From an uncultured Nitrososphaeraceae archaeon (GTDB lineage: Archaea; Thermoproteota; Nitrososphaeria; Nitrososphaerales; Nitrososphaeraceae), in contig CAWGVG010000044.1 of the NCBI GenBank assembly GCA_963825865.1, positions 1 through 64,000 on the forward strand: 64,000 bases of DNA. Reading direction: 5' to 3'. Both the position numbers and the translations under genes were made by a program. Each line of letters starts with the position of its first letter. Positions within the stretch are counted from its first letter, which is position 1. Shown in pieces: positions 36,625 through 47,802 of this stretch. The notes beneath the pieces are model-generated. The model was not told where the DNA came from, did not search any database, and saw nothing but the letters and a program-made list of their open reading frames with translations.

Positions 36625-36762
36625 AACAATATAGGGGGAGACACTTATCATTATAGATAAATGTCTGTCTACCTACCCAGTAGCTTTGTCAGATTAGCTC
36701 TTCTTCACGAAAATCAGAATAACGATAAGGATTAAAAAATTAATTACGGCGAAGCAATATAG

Positions 36763-37278
36763 TTAAGGATTTGTCTCCTCAATTAGCTTCTTTACAGTAT
36801 CTATATTGAGGTCAAGCTGCTCAGCAATCATTTCCTCTGCAATACCCGATGCATGAAGATTCCTTAATATTTCCTTCTTTTCAGTATTTATAATATTGGA
36901 GGGAGGATAAAGAGAGAGCTGCGATTCTACTAATGTAATATAGTATAATACTTTCTTGGCTAAATCTTCTACATTCGTGGCGCTATCTGCAGAGAATACA
37001 AGTATGTGTTCGTTAACTGGTATACTAAATAACTTTACTTTATCGTAAGCATAAACAACGTATCTTAATTCGCCTAATGATGATGCAAACATTTGCCTTA
37101 GGTCAACAATATAAGCAGATTGAGCTAAACTCCTATCAGCTTTTCCTCCCGTTAAATATTCCTCAACGCCTTCTCTTATACCTCCTCCATATAAATGGCC
37201 TGACCTTTCTATTACCCCGGCAAATCTAATTTTGGAATCGAGAGCTAATATATTCCTTGAAAATTCCTCTGCCTTCAT
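36763..37278 (-). CDS. Roadblock-like (DUF6659-type) protein with C-terminal HTH
   Basis: ILALDSKIRFAGVI..SG...GG.REG, LGELRY....YDKV; C-terminal LHASGIAEEMIAEQLDLNIDTVKK. Confidence 0.65.
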   Translation of the reverse strand: MKAEEFSRNILALDSKIRFAGVIERSGHLYGGGIREGVEEYLTGGKADRSLAQSAYIVDLRQMFASSLGELRYVVYAYDKVKLFSIPVNEHILVFSADSATNVEDLAKKVLYYITLVESQLSLYPPSNIINTEKKEILRNLHASGIAEEMIAEQLDLNIDTVKKLIEETNP

Positions 37279-37450
37279 AATATATAGCATCATAAGCGAT
37301 ATAGAACATATATACTTATTTTGGTTGTTATTTTTTATTATGCTATATCTAAAGTTTAAATTCATTTTTATCGCTCTTAGTAGTGTTTTTCTTTACCAGG
37401 TCGTCTTTTGTATTTTTAGTGATTAATGTACTATCAATACCAATATCTGT

Positions 37451-38547
37451 CTATTTTTGTATGACAGCCTCATACTCTCGTTCAATAGCTTTTAACAGGA
37501 ATGCTCCATTAATCCTTCCTTTTGATTTTAGGATCGAGGTAATTGATATACCTCCAGCTCCTACACCTTCTTTTACAAAACCTTTTGCAAATGCCTGTAA
37601 ACCAGGTTTGCTAGATTTAATCATATGCAGGTCTAATGCAAAAATTGGAACATCCTTTATAAGATCGACAAGATTGGATGATCGATCTCCTGTAATATAA
37701 GAGGTGGTTCCAATACATATATTATCTAGAGACCGTTGAAACGATTTTAAAATAAGAATTACCGTAGACATTTGTGTTCCACCAGCAAGCATAACTCTAC
37801 CACCAGAACTAATTACTCCGTCAGCCAGACCTGCAACAGAAGGTATCATAGGGTCTCCAAATAACGAGATTGCCTTGAATGGATCATCTTTTAATCCTCC
37901 AAAACAAATTTCCGCCTTTTTCATACCCTCGGTGACGATTCTGTTTTTAAGGGAGTGAGGGTTTTTTGGCATGCTACTACTCAATTTAAATTTGGCATCA
38001 ACTCCAAGAGCAATTAAAACTCCTAATGCAGTCGTTGTGCCACCAGGAATACTCTCACCTATCACGATTAAATCATTACTTTTTGCAAGTTGTTTCCCAA
38101 GTATAACTCCGTAATCAAATGCCTTTCTAACATGATTAATATCAACCGCTCTGCCAAATTTGATATTTTTACCAGGTTCAAGACCAAATGAAACATATGG
38201 GATAAAAGGTTTAATTTTTGAACCCGCGTCAACTATAAGAAATGGAATATCTGTTAATTGCAAGGCAGTCCGAGTAATGATTGCAGGAGTTGGCTTTCCA
38301 TCCGGAGTGACTGGAATATTATTGATACATTTGCAATGACCATAATAAAGAAATTCAGAATCTGCAGCCGAAGTGAATTTTACGAGATTCGGATTTGCAC
38401 CTGCAATGGTAATTCCAGGAATTTCACATGGGTTTCGGTATGAGATATGACACAAATAAAAATGGGATTTGTAGTTGAAAATTTATTTAGTAGAGAGGAA
38501 GAAGATTGATTTAAGCGTATTATGTCGCTATATTCTTCTTCATGCAA
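37451..38547 (-). CDS. cobT: Nicotinate-nucleotide:dimethylbenzimidazole phosphoribosyltransferase (archaeal CobT)
   Basis: IPGITIAG, PTPAIITR, GESIPGGTTTA, GDP, LAGGTQM, VKEGVGAGG; N-terminal frameshift. Confidence 0.9.
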
Positions 38548-38550
38548 CTA

Positions 38551-39171
38551 CTAGCCATCACTTACCATAAAGCTAAGAAAATCTTGTATTGACCTTGACT
38601 GCATCACGTAGTTCGTTTTCTTTTCATGACCTATAGTAGATGTCGGATGTGGTCCGTAGTCATGACCTGGATAAACAATAAGCGATTCATCAAGTTTTGC
38701 AATTTTATCAAATAAACTGTGATAAATTTCTTTAGGATCGCTTCCTGCAAGGTCTACCCTTCCACAATTTCCTACAAATAAAGTATCCCCAGTAAATACC
38801 AGATTATCATCGACAATAAGGCACATGCTATCTTTAGAGTGTCCTGGTGTATGCAATATTCTTAGAGGGATTTTTCCTATCTTAATAATGTCACCTTCGG
38901 ATACAGAGATTTGTTTGTTATCTATTGAATTTCTATGCTGAACAATTTTACCACCAGTGACTTTGGCCACTTGCTCATTACCAAGAGTATGATCAAAATG
39001 AGTATGCGTATTGATGACGTATTTTGTTTTCCAGTCATTTTTCTTTAAAATGCCAAAAATTTTTTCTAAATCCCATGATGGATCAATGATAGCAGCTTCA
39101 CCCATTTCCTCATCGGCTATAATGTATGTAAAGTTAGCCATATGACCCACAGGAATTTGGAGAACTTTCAT
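38551..39171 (-). CDS. MBL-fold metallo-hydrolase (glyoxalase II-like)
   Basis: THTHFDH, HTPGHS, FTGDTLF, YPGHDY. Confidence 0.92.
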   Translation of the reverse strand: MKVLQIPVGHMANFTYIIADEEMGEAAIIDPSWDLEKIFGILKKNDWKTKYVINTHTHFDHTLGNEQVAKVTGGKIVQHRNSIDNKQISVSEGDIIKIGKIPLRILHTPGHSKDSMCLIVDDNLVFTGDTLFVGNCGRVDLAGSDPKEIYHSLFDKIAKLDESLIVYPGHDYGPHPTSTIGHEKKTNYVMQSRSIQDFLSFMVSDG

Positions 39172-39178
39172 CGCTATA

Positions 39179-39859
39179 TTACACTATTCCTCTTTCGGCT
39201 TCAAGCGGGATCCCTATATGTTCTATATTGATTTTTCCACAGTATTTTCTGTTATTCAGTAGCCCTACCTTCATCCTATGGAAAGTAACTGTAGCATTAG
39301 CTTTTACACTCATATGATGAACTTTGCCGGTGTTAGGATCAAGTCCAGAAGGAACATCTACTGATACAACGTAAGCCCCCGATTTGTTTATCAGTTCAAT
39401 AGAAGATGCATGGAGCTCACGAATTTCTCCTTTTATCCCAGTTCCAAATATCCCATCGATAATTATGTCGGCTTTAACAATTTTCTTTTTAATTTTGTCA
39501 TTCAATTTATTACCAGAGATTAGTTCTATCGAATCCATCTTTTCAATAATTTCCCAGTTGATCCTTGCTTCTTCACTTGCTATATTAGTTGGAAATCCCA
39601 ATAAAATTATGGTCAAATTAATACCACAATAACCTGCCAAATGTCTGGAAGCAACAAATGCATCTCCACCATTATTGCCTATGCCACACATAGCAACAAT
39701 TTTCTTTCCCTTTAATTTGCGCTTAAACTTTGCAATTATAAAATCAGCAATTCCATGCCCTGCATTTTCCATCATATAGATTCGTCGCATTCCAATCAGA
39801 TTATGCCCGTTATCCTCTATCTTGTACATTTGCTCTGAAGTAATAGCCTTCTCTTTCAT
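39179..39859 (-). CDS. nnrE: NAD(P)H-hydrate epimerase (YjeF-N)
   Basis: MENAG, G.GNNGGDAF, DGIFGTG, VDVPSG. Confidence 0.93.
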   Translation of the reverse strand: MKEKAITSEQMYKIEDNGHNLIGMRRIYMMENAGHGIADFIIAKFKRKLKGKKIVAMCGIGNNGGDAFVASRHLAGYCGINLTIILLGFPTNIASEEARINWEIIEKMDSIELISGNKLNDKIKKKIVKADIIIDGIFGTGIKGEIRELHASSIELINKSGAYVVSVDVPSGLDPNTGKVHHMSVKANATVTFHRMKVGLLNNRKYCGKINIEHIGIPLEAERGIV

Positions 39860-39919
39860 CCGCTTATTCGTCAACCGATGACAGCAATGTAACATAAAAG
39901 CGCTACTAAATATTCTTTT

Positions 39920-40456
39920 TTATGCGATTTTTTTTGAAGAAGCAAATTCCGTGTTGTGAGTTCTTACGACTTTTTGAAAAGGCATCATATAATCTTGTAG
40001 ATTTAACCTTACAGAATTATTTCCATGAATAGCGAAAGTTTTGCCATCGTAGGTACATTTTACAATGGGTATATCTTCCATATTATCAAAAATATCTGCA
40101 ACTTTATAATATTCGATTAATTTCCGTTGTTCGTAAACAACTTGACCTTTTCTCCTATATCTTTTTTTTCTCATAAACTTAAACGCTAATATAAAATGTC
40201 TCGTTTTGTAAAAGCTAAACATGTTTCTGATTATCAAACTACGCTTTATTTGATCTTGGGGGACGTATAGAACATCACCTGTTCCTGATTTTGCTTCTAT
40301 GGATAGCAAGATAGCTTGTACATTGTTGACAGCAATTATATCAGGCAATCCAGTGCTAGAACCACCTAATCGTCTGGCATTCCATACTCCATTATTTAAC
40401 CTTTGAACTAAAGTATGCTCAAAGCTATAGCCTCTGCTTCTACGAATATTACTCAA
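39920..40456 (-). CDS. Hjc-type PD-(D/E)XK nuclease / Holliday junction resolvase-like
   Basis: RG..FE, R..GS, PDIIA, IEAKS. Confidence 0.8.
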   Translation of the reverse strand: MSNIRRSRGYSFEHTLVQRLNNGVWNARRLGGSSTGLPDIIAVNNVQAILLSIEAKSGTGDVLYVPQDQIKRSLIIRNMFSFYKTRHFILAFKFMRKKRYRRKGQVVYEQRKLIEYYKVADIFDNMEDIPIVKCTYDGKTFAIHGNNSVRLNLQDYMMPFQKVVRTHNTEFASSKKIA

Positions 40457-40719
40457 TTAAACCATCCTCACAATACATATCCTCAAATTTTGTGCTATTG
40501 ATGTTGTTGAACAATAAAGATAAAAGAATGGTTGCATATAATTTGATCTATCTTCAAGATAAACAAGGCATAACTACATAGTAAGGGTGTGCAAGCCTGA
40601 ATGTTTCTTAATTCATCTCTTATCGGATATTCTATTGACACTCTTTAATACACGATTACAAGGATTTTTACTATAAGATAGCAAAGTCTTTATTAAAATC
40701 TAAACAACGTGTATCACTG

Positions 40720-41350
40720 TTGCTTAACAGTGTTCAAAGCTCATTAGATGAGATTAATGATGATCTGAAGAATATAGAAGAACGGCGAGAAAAATTAATC
40801 AAAGGAACCCGTGACGTAATTATGCTATGTAGCAAATCGATTGTAGCATTACACCATAATGAAATGGAAGAAGCACAAAATAAAATGCGTCAAGCAAAGA
40901 TTATGCTTGATGAATTCAGGCAGTATTCCAAGGCTGGTTTATACAAGTATATTGTAATAGCCGAACAGGAACTTGTAGAGGCGTATGGACTAAGGTCTAT
41001 TGTGCAGGAATCATGTATACCTAGTATGAAAGAATTGAATGTATCAGGTTCCTCTTATATCACAGGGTTGTTGGACTGCATAGGGGAGATAAAGCGTATG
41101 ATATACGATCGGATGAAGATCAGGAAAAGCAGACGACGCAGTAAAGTTGTTCGCGTTGATGCAAGATATTCATAGCGCCGTATATCCATTTGCAGTTTAT
41201 GATCATTTAGTCCCGGGTATGAGAAGAAAATTGGATATTGCAAAAATGCTAATAGAAGATATTAGAGCTGTAGTTACAGAAGAAGCTAGAAGAGAAGTAA
41301 TGATAAAAGCAATTGACGGTTTAGAAAAGAAACTTCAGAGAAGTTATTGA
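40720..41350 (+). CDS. Translin/TRAX-family protein (frameshift at ~41116)
   Basis: RREKLIK..RDV, QELVEA, YITGLLDCIGEIKR, MRRKLD. Confidence 0.87.
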
Positions 41351-41863
41351 TGAATTTTCGACTTTTTTTATTAATGGGGTCAAGTCGCTCTGACAGCCCT
41401 TCTAAATTTTGGAAAGCATTACTGAACACATATATTGTCTTATAGAAGCATTATTAGCCAACCTTTCAATATTAAAGAACACAAATCTGCATGTCCAGAC
41501 TTTCAAACAAATCATTAGCAGCAACATTAGCAACATCCAAAGATGAAGATTTTGAAATACAAAGGAGGATACTTTCGCAACTGAAGGTTTTTTTACCCTC
41601 TTTGATAGATCTTGGATTTCATAGAGTATTTACTGCATTTACAAGCCTAGTTACAAGAGTATTGAGATCAGTTTGCACCCTTTGATTTCGGTAGGTAAAT
41701 TAGAATATGTTTTAAGTAGAGATGGTACTTGAAGGGGGAACTCTAGGAATTTTTCGTACGTAAAAAACTGATAATCCAAATGAAACCTCATATTACATGT
41801 GAATTGCAAAATGCAAAAACGTGGATAAAGAAAGAGTTCATCCAGTTATGATTAATTGCCATG

Positions 41864-43743
41864 TTAGTTTAGCGGCAGGGTGAATGAGAATGTTGCTCCT
41901 TTACCATCTGTATTGTTCTCGGCCCATATTCTGCCACCAAGAGCTTCTATAATACTTTTAGAAATAAATAATCCAAGTCCAGTACCTTGATAAGATTTTC
42001 CAACAAACTTTGAAAAGAGATTAGGTAATACCTCTGGGTCTATCCCTTCGCCGGTATCTTTTACACTAACAATAAGCTCTTTACTATGGCCATTTTCTTC
42101 TATCTCAGTAATGATCGATATAGTTCCTTCATTTGTAAACTTTATAGCATTACCTACCAGATTAGATATCACTTGAATTATCTTCTCTTTATCTGCTTCT
42201 ATAATGAGGGTACTATCTTGAATTAGCAGCTGCTTCTTCTTCTGCTGCTGCTGAGATTGTTGTTCTTCTTTCTCCCTCCTTTGCCTGTTTTTTATTAAAT
42301 CCATACACTAGTTTTATGTTCCTGTTAGAGTTTTTAATCTGATTTCTGTAATCATCAGCAACATTCGATATCACTTCATTTAAATTGAAATGTTCTTTGT
42401 TGAGTTTTAATGAGGCACCTTCTATTTTTGTAACATCCAGTATGTCTTGAGAAAGCCTCTGCAGCCTTTTTGCATTCCTAAGTATAATGTTTACTAACTG
42501 GCGGCTTTCATTATCCTTTATTTTGCTGAGAAGAATATCAGATAATCCAATAATGGGTTGTATAGGAGTGCGTAGCTCATGTGCTGCCACGTTAATAAAT
42601 TCTTGTTGTGCTTTATCATGGATCTTTAACCGTTCATTTGCTGACGACAATTGTTCATTTGCACTCTCAAGTTCTTTTGCTCTTCTTTTTACTTCTTCAT
42701 TTAGAGCTGCTCCATTTGGCAAGAAATACAATTAAGATTGCAATAGCAGCAGTAGTACCAGCAATTAATGAGAACATCTTTACCCTTTCTGCAAAAAGAA
42801 CATCATTAATCTGCGAATAAATCTCTGCAGTAGGTGCGACTATCCGAATAAAGTATGTTGGTTTATCATTTACAAATATTGGGTATCCTGTAGTCAATCT
42901 TTCACCTTTTCCATAGTCATAGATTGCATATCCTGCTTTCCCTGACGATAGATTGCGGACAAAATCATTTAAGACTTTATTATGTTTGATAAATTGCTGT
43001 ACATAATCTCCAAAAAAGTTCTTTCCTATCAAACTCTTGCTTGCAGCAGTAGTCAGGACGGTGGCATTCTTATCATAAGCCACTAAGTACTTCGAACTAG
43101 AATTATGAACGTTTCCATATTGCGATAAGAAACTTTCAATAGGTATAAGGGTACCAATCAATCCCATATATTGTCCATTTTCCAGATTTGTTACAGGATA
43201 ACCCACAGCTATTCTATAGTTGCCATCCAATCCAACAAAACCATTGGAAAACGTGAATGTTTTTGAGGCTATTGTTTCTTTCACCCATGGTCTTGAAGCA
43301 ATATTTGTTCCTGCAAAGCTTTGTTGTCCTTTTGCGGCTAGACCAATTGTTTCGAAGCCTTTTTTATCTGCAATTACAAGCCTATCAATAATATTATTAT
43401 TGCTAAGATGAACGTATGTTTCTTCTGCTAACTTTTTTATTTTATTACTAGATAAATCGCCTTGCTGTAAGTATATAGAATTTGCTAAACCATGAAGGTT
43501 ATCTACAACTAGGCTCAGATCCGTGCCAATATGTCTTGACAAAGCCTCTGTGTCTTTTAGCTGGTTTTGCAGTTGTTGTTCAAATACGCTTTTTCTGACG
43601 TTCTGCTCAGTTATGTTTTCAAGATAAAAGAATATACCATAAGATATGGTAATAATTAAAACTATGGAAATAACAGCCAATATCTTTGCTTTTCCAGCAA
43701 ATGGATTCGCATATTTCTTATGTTGCAAATTATGACAGTACAT
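41864..43743 (-). CDS. Membrane sensor histidine kinase with extracellular Cache-like domain (3 fragments)
   Basis: Two TMs, SRPW, AAHELRTP (H box), NLVGNAIKF, VKDTGEG, GTGLGL, GATFSF. Confidence 0.92.
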
Positions 43744-43769
43744 ATTAGATTAGGCTAATTTTTAAACTT

Positions 43770-44250
43770 GGAGGGCTCGTGATAACGCAGCGAGCTGACA
43801 ACCAGATACAGATAATGTATGCCGAAGAATACAAGAGGCCTGACTTTAACCAGATGCTATCTACAGTATGGGACCTCTTTACGATGTTCGGCAAAATAAA
43901 CAAAATATACATTGATGGTTCCACCCATCATTTATTCGTGTTTAAAATATAGATAGGCGAAGACGAAGAGTATGAGTAAAGGAAGCAAAGAGTAGAAAAC
44001 AAAATTACGAGTTTAGCATGGATGTCGTTCCCGTAAGCTTTTCAACCGAGCACAAGTACATGTCGGGGAACTGCAAAATGTTTTTGGAGAGGGATGGAAG
44101 ACATATTGCAATCAATCCAAAGTTTGACAAGATTATAACGTCGCTAAGAACAGCAGTAGAAAACGAAGGAGGTACTGGACAAGGACGCTACATCATACGA
44201 TGGCGTATTTGATGCCTTCAGGCTGGCGATGCATCATACTCTATGGCTAG
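43770..44250 (+). pseudogene. Decayed terminase large-subunit C-terminal (RNase H-like) fragment
   Basis: Manual translation GLVITQ..NQIQIMYAEEYKRPDFNQML..KIYIDGS.PSFIR..VVPVSF..IAINPKFDKIITSLRTAV..LDKDATSYDGVFDAFRLA with stops and indels. Confidence 0.6.
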
Positions 44251-44560
44251 AACCTGTTTATTAGCGCGATAGATTGTAGCAGACATTGATCCCGCATTGG
44301 CATCAGTAGATCCGCTGTTGGTCATCTCCCATATAATGTGCAAAGTGGAGCTTGTGATGCAATAGTAGTATTTTATACATTTTACTTATTATAGTTTAAC
44401 TTGAATGAGTTATCTCTTTAGTAGATTAATGACTAACTATACATGATTTGGTATTCTGAATAGTTATACGAAATATGTAAGTCACCAATAATAACAATCA
44501 TCGGCAGTAACTTACTCACTCAAGTCAAATATACAGTGGCATTCTAAAGATTGGTAACGT

Positions 44561-44932
44561 ATGAACGATTCAAAACCTCTATCGGCAGTTATAGTTGCTA
44601 TCTTACTGGTAGTAACATTAGTAGCAGCAGTAGTAGGCGGAGCAGCAGGAACATTAGCAGCAGCAACAGCATCTGCATCTAACGACGACAATAACAACAA
44701 CATCAACAGTCGTTTAGGATGTTTCACGACTTTTCTTAAAAAAGAGGAGATAGGCTTGCTTTTGAATAATTTATGGGGCGTGGCTACTATTGCAGATTTG
44801 CCTGCACAGCTTGATAGCGGCCAACAAAATCCGGACGTAGTTCTTAAAATTCTGTTGAACATGCCAATAGAACAACCTAGGCTGAATGGGTTAATAGTGT
44901 GTCTACAAGACACAGGAATAGTCTTTGCATAA
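44561..44932 (+). CDS. Small secreted hypothetical protein
   Basis: Signal-peptide-like N-terminus, poly-Asn linker, two Cys. Confidence 0.6.
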   Translation: MNDSKPLSAVIVAILLVVTLVAAVVGGAAGTLAAATASASNDDNNNNINSRLGCFTTFLKKEEIGLLLNNLWGVATIADLPAQLDSGQQNPDVVLKILLNMPIEQPRLNGLIVCLQDTGIVFA

Positions 44933-45108
44933 TAATAAAATCACTCTATATAATGATTTTTTGAGTATCTGAATAGTTCGATAGACAAGCACCCGGGGTA
45001 GCTTTATCTATTGAGTACTCTAATAAATTTGGATGTGGTCTTCCAAATGCATTGGTATCAAAACTTCTTAATCCAGATCTGACAGTCAGTACAGTAGCTT
45101 AGTTATTT

Positions 45109-46293
45109 GAGACATGGGCATAATTCATTTCTATATTTTTAATCTATCATTTAGTGCTCGCATTAACTACATAACATGTGTTTGATTGATTTTGGTCGTT
45201 GACTAGGTCTGGTTTTATAATTGTAGTAGACAAGGATCTGATACAGTAGTGACTGACAGAAGTACCTATTCCAGCAGCCTTCTGATAGCCTCTTACCGGT
45301 AATGGGTCTATTCTAAAAATAGATTTAATATGTTCTATTAGTGGTTCTATCGATTTACTTCTCCAAGAGTAAATAGCCTGTCCTAACTCAGATTCATAGA
45401 ATTGTATCAGCTCTAGTCTATTCTTTGGGGTATTTTTGTACCTTTGTACTGGACATACCAGTTCAAATCCTCTTTTAGGTACTCAAATCATATAGTTTAT
45501 TGTCGTCATACCCAGAATCACCTATCATGAAACATGTTTCTAGGAACAGAGATGATGATGATGATGATATCATAGGATTGTACATTTGATTATCCTGTAC
45601 ATTAGCAGTTGTAAAATCTGCTGCTAAAGGTACTATGGTAGAACCAGTACTTGATATCAAATGTAGTTTGTAACCAAATATCCAACCTCTGGTATGACTG
45701 AATCCCCACCTGGCATCTGTATCTATACCTGAACGTGGTACTATTCCTTTATCCATAGATGATTTGTGCCAAACATGTCCTCTGGCTTTGAGCAATGTCA
45801 CTATCTATTGCAACAATATAAGGGTCTATTATCTTCCCATTTACTAATAGACTAGTCATAGTAGCAATCCTTTCCTTGATGTCTATGGATATGGTCTTAA
45901 GACGTCTGTCAAATGTTCGTCTATCTGGTATTTGGGTAAGACCACATCTTTTCATTATCTTCTTATTGTAAGGGTAATCCATTCCTAGGAATTCATGTAA
46001 TGCGTTGTTAGAATCCATTCTAAACCACAATCTGACTATGAAACATCGTAGTATGACAGTAGAAGAATAGACGTATGGTCTACCTCTTTTTTTCATCTTT
46101 TGTGATTCTGGCCATGGTATCAAGCCTATCAAATACAGAATACCAATAAGGATGGATTCTGAACTATCATGTGCTGTCCTTTGAGGATGTTTTATTATAT
46201 GTCATCACAAATTCAGACATCCAAAGGATAGCTTTAGCCTAATTCATCAATATATATTTGCAAAAAATAGAGCTGGATTTATGTCCAATCGTC
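45109..46293 (-). mobile_element. DDE insertion sequence (IS982/IS4-like)
   Basis: 8-bp direct repeat AGTTATTT at 45101 and 46294; imperfect TIRs (TGGGCATAATTC vs TGGACATAAATC); transposase inside. Confidence 0.85.
45163..46132 (-). CDS. DDE transposase (frameshifted at GTAC sites)
   Basis: RGRP..Y, PDRRTFDRR, AIDST, D.DARWG, FGYKLH, TANVQD, GDSGYD, R..SIEP. Confidence 0.88.
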
Positions 46294-46344
46294 AGTTATT
46301 TATTAGTTAAAAAATGGAACTAGTAACGATACTACTTAATTCAA

Positions 46345-47802
46345 TTACTTGAACTTTGCAAATGCTTCAGCCAAAAAACCATTCAAAGTCTTTTGCCACT
46401 GTGGAAATCCATCAGGAGCATCTGGATAATTATAATAATGTTCTACGAGTTTTCTATTCATTTTGGCTGTAAACTTTAGATCTTCTGCTAACTTTTGGTT
46501 AAGTTTACCCATTATAAACATACCTAATTTATCTACGGTACTAAATTCGGGGTGTTCACCCTTTGTAATTTTATCAATATCCATTTTTGAAAGAAAATGT
46601 TTCATGCCATAGTTGATCTGTTCGTTTGTCAATCTCTGCAACATCCTGCGAAATACTTCGAGTCCTGCCGTCTTGTAACCATAGTCATTAATAAAATTCT
46701 TATTGTATTTCCATAAACCTCTCTCTGTATTATCATCTGCTTGAATTGCTTCCACAGCAACTTTTCCAGCAATAGTAGCTGCAATAATTGCAGGCCCGAT
46801 TCCACCAGCATCAAGTGGTTTTGGCATCCATGCAGAATCTCCTACAAGCATGTATCCATTTGCAACCATACAGTCATTCTGTCTTCTTACCGAAACCTGC
46901 CATATCCCCCAGGCGTTACCTTCGTCCATTTCACCATCAGCAATTTTCGGATTGGCGATCACAGTATTGGCTTCTACATATTCGTCGATTAGTCTTTTCA
47001 AATCTCTATGGGCGCCCATTTCTTTGTTGATAGCATCAAATGCTTTTTGCTGCACTCCAAGACCAATGTTAACCTTATTCCTTCCCTTTGGAAATACCCA
47101 ACCATATCCGCCAGGTGCAAGTTTTTGGTCTAAATGGATAATACAATAATCTGGATCAAAGTATGTTTTGTCTTCCTTTGCAATGTCAAAAGTGTAAATA
47201 TATCTACCAGTGCCTTCCAGATCATTCCTATCAATTCTCCTTTGAATAAATGACTTTAATGGAAGGCTAGTTCTTAGAACGGAGGTAACACCAGTACAAT
47301 CTATAACCAGCTTGGCTGTCTTTTTAAATGCAGATTTGTTACCAAGTTCGTTGCCTTCTACGCCAATTACAGTATTGTTTTCTACGATTAGTGAGCGTAG
47401 AGAGATCCGATCTCTTACTTCAACTCCGACTTTTAACGCATCCTTCATCTGTTTTTGGGGTAATAATCTTCTATTGAGAATGTACCCTTCTCCATCAAAA
47501 GGTATGGCAGATTCATGATCTGGCGAGTATGCGATAACACCTTTTACAGGATGCTCAATTTCAGGAAACTGCCATTTGATATCAATTCGATCTGACATGT
47601 AGTCAACAGTATCCTTTCCTACTGCATCACCACACACCCATCCCGTAATAGTTTTTTTACCCACAACAGATAATGGATTTCTATCAACAACAAGAATTCG
47701 AAGCGATTGTTTTGAATAATATGCTGCGGAAGATGCCACAATCATTCCTGCAAGGCCTCCGCCCGCCACGATAATATCGTAATCTTCTTTATTTGAGGAC
47801 AT
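46345..47802 (-). CDS. Geranylgeranyl reductase-family flavoprotein
   Basis: GGGLAG, CGDAV, APGGYGWVFPKG, NIGLG, VGDSA, GGIG. Confidence 0.88.
   Translation of the reverse strand: MSSNKEDYDIIVAGGGLAGMIVASSAAYYSKQSLRILVVDRNPLSVVGKKTITGWVCGDAVGKDTVDYMSDRIDIKWQFPEIEHPVKGVIAYSPDHESAIPFDGEGYILNRRLLPQKQMKDALKVGVEVRDRISLRSLIVENNTVIGVEGNELGNKSAFKKTAKLVIDCTGVTSVLRTSLPLKSFIQRRIDRNDLEGTGRYIYTFDIAKEDKTYFDPDYCIIHLDQKLAPGGYGWVFPKGRNKVNIGLGVQQKAFDAINKEMGAHRDLKRLIDEYVEANTVIANPKIADGEMDEGNAWGIWQVSVRRQNDCMVANGYMLVGDSAWMPKPLDAGGIGPAIIAATIAGKVAVEAIQADDNTERGLWKYNKNFINDYGYKTAGLEVFRRMLQRLTNEQINYGMKHFLSKMDIDKITKGEHPEFSTVDKLGMFIMGKLNQKLAEDLKFTAKMNRKLVEHYYNYPDAPDGFPQWQKTLNGFLAEAFAKFK

Noticed and set aside
41374-41402. 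GGGGTCAAGTCGCTCTGACAGCCCT resembling a tRNA 3' end or att site
   Set aside because: No proper TTC T-loop or paired T-stem, and no second copy in the window.
41491-41685. 64-aa ORF between the translin gene and the kinase
   Set aside because: No recognisable motif on either strand; may be a remnant but cannot be supported.
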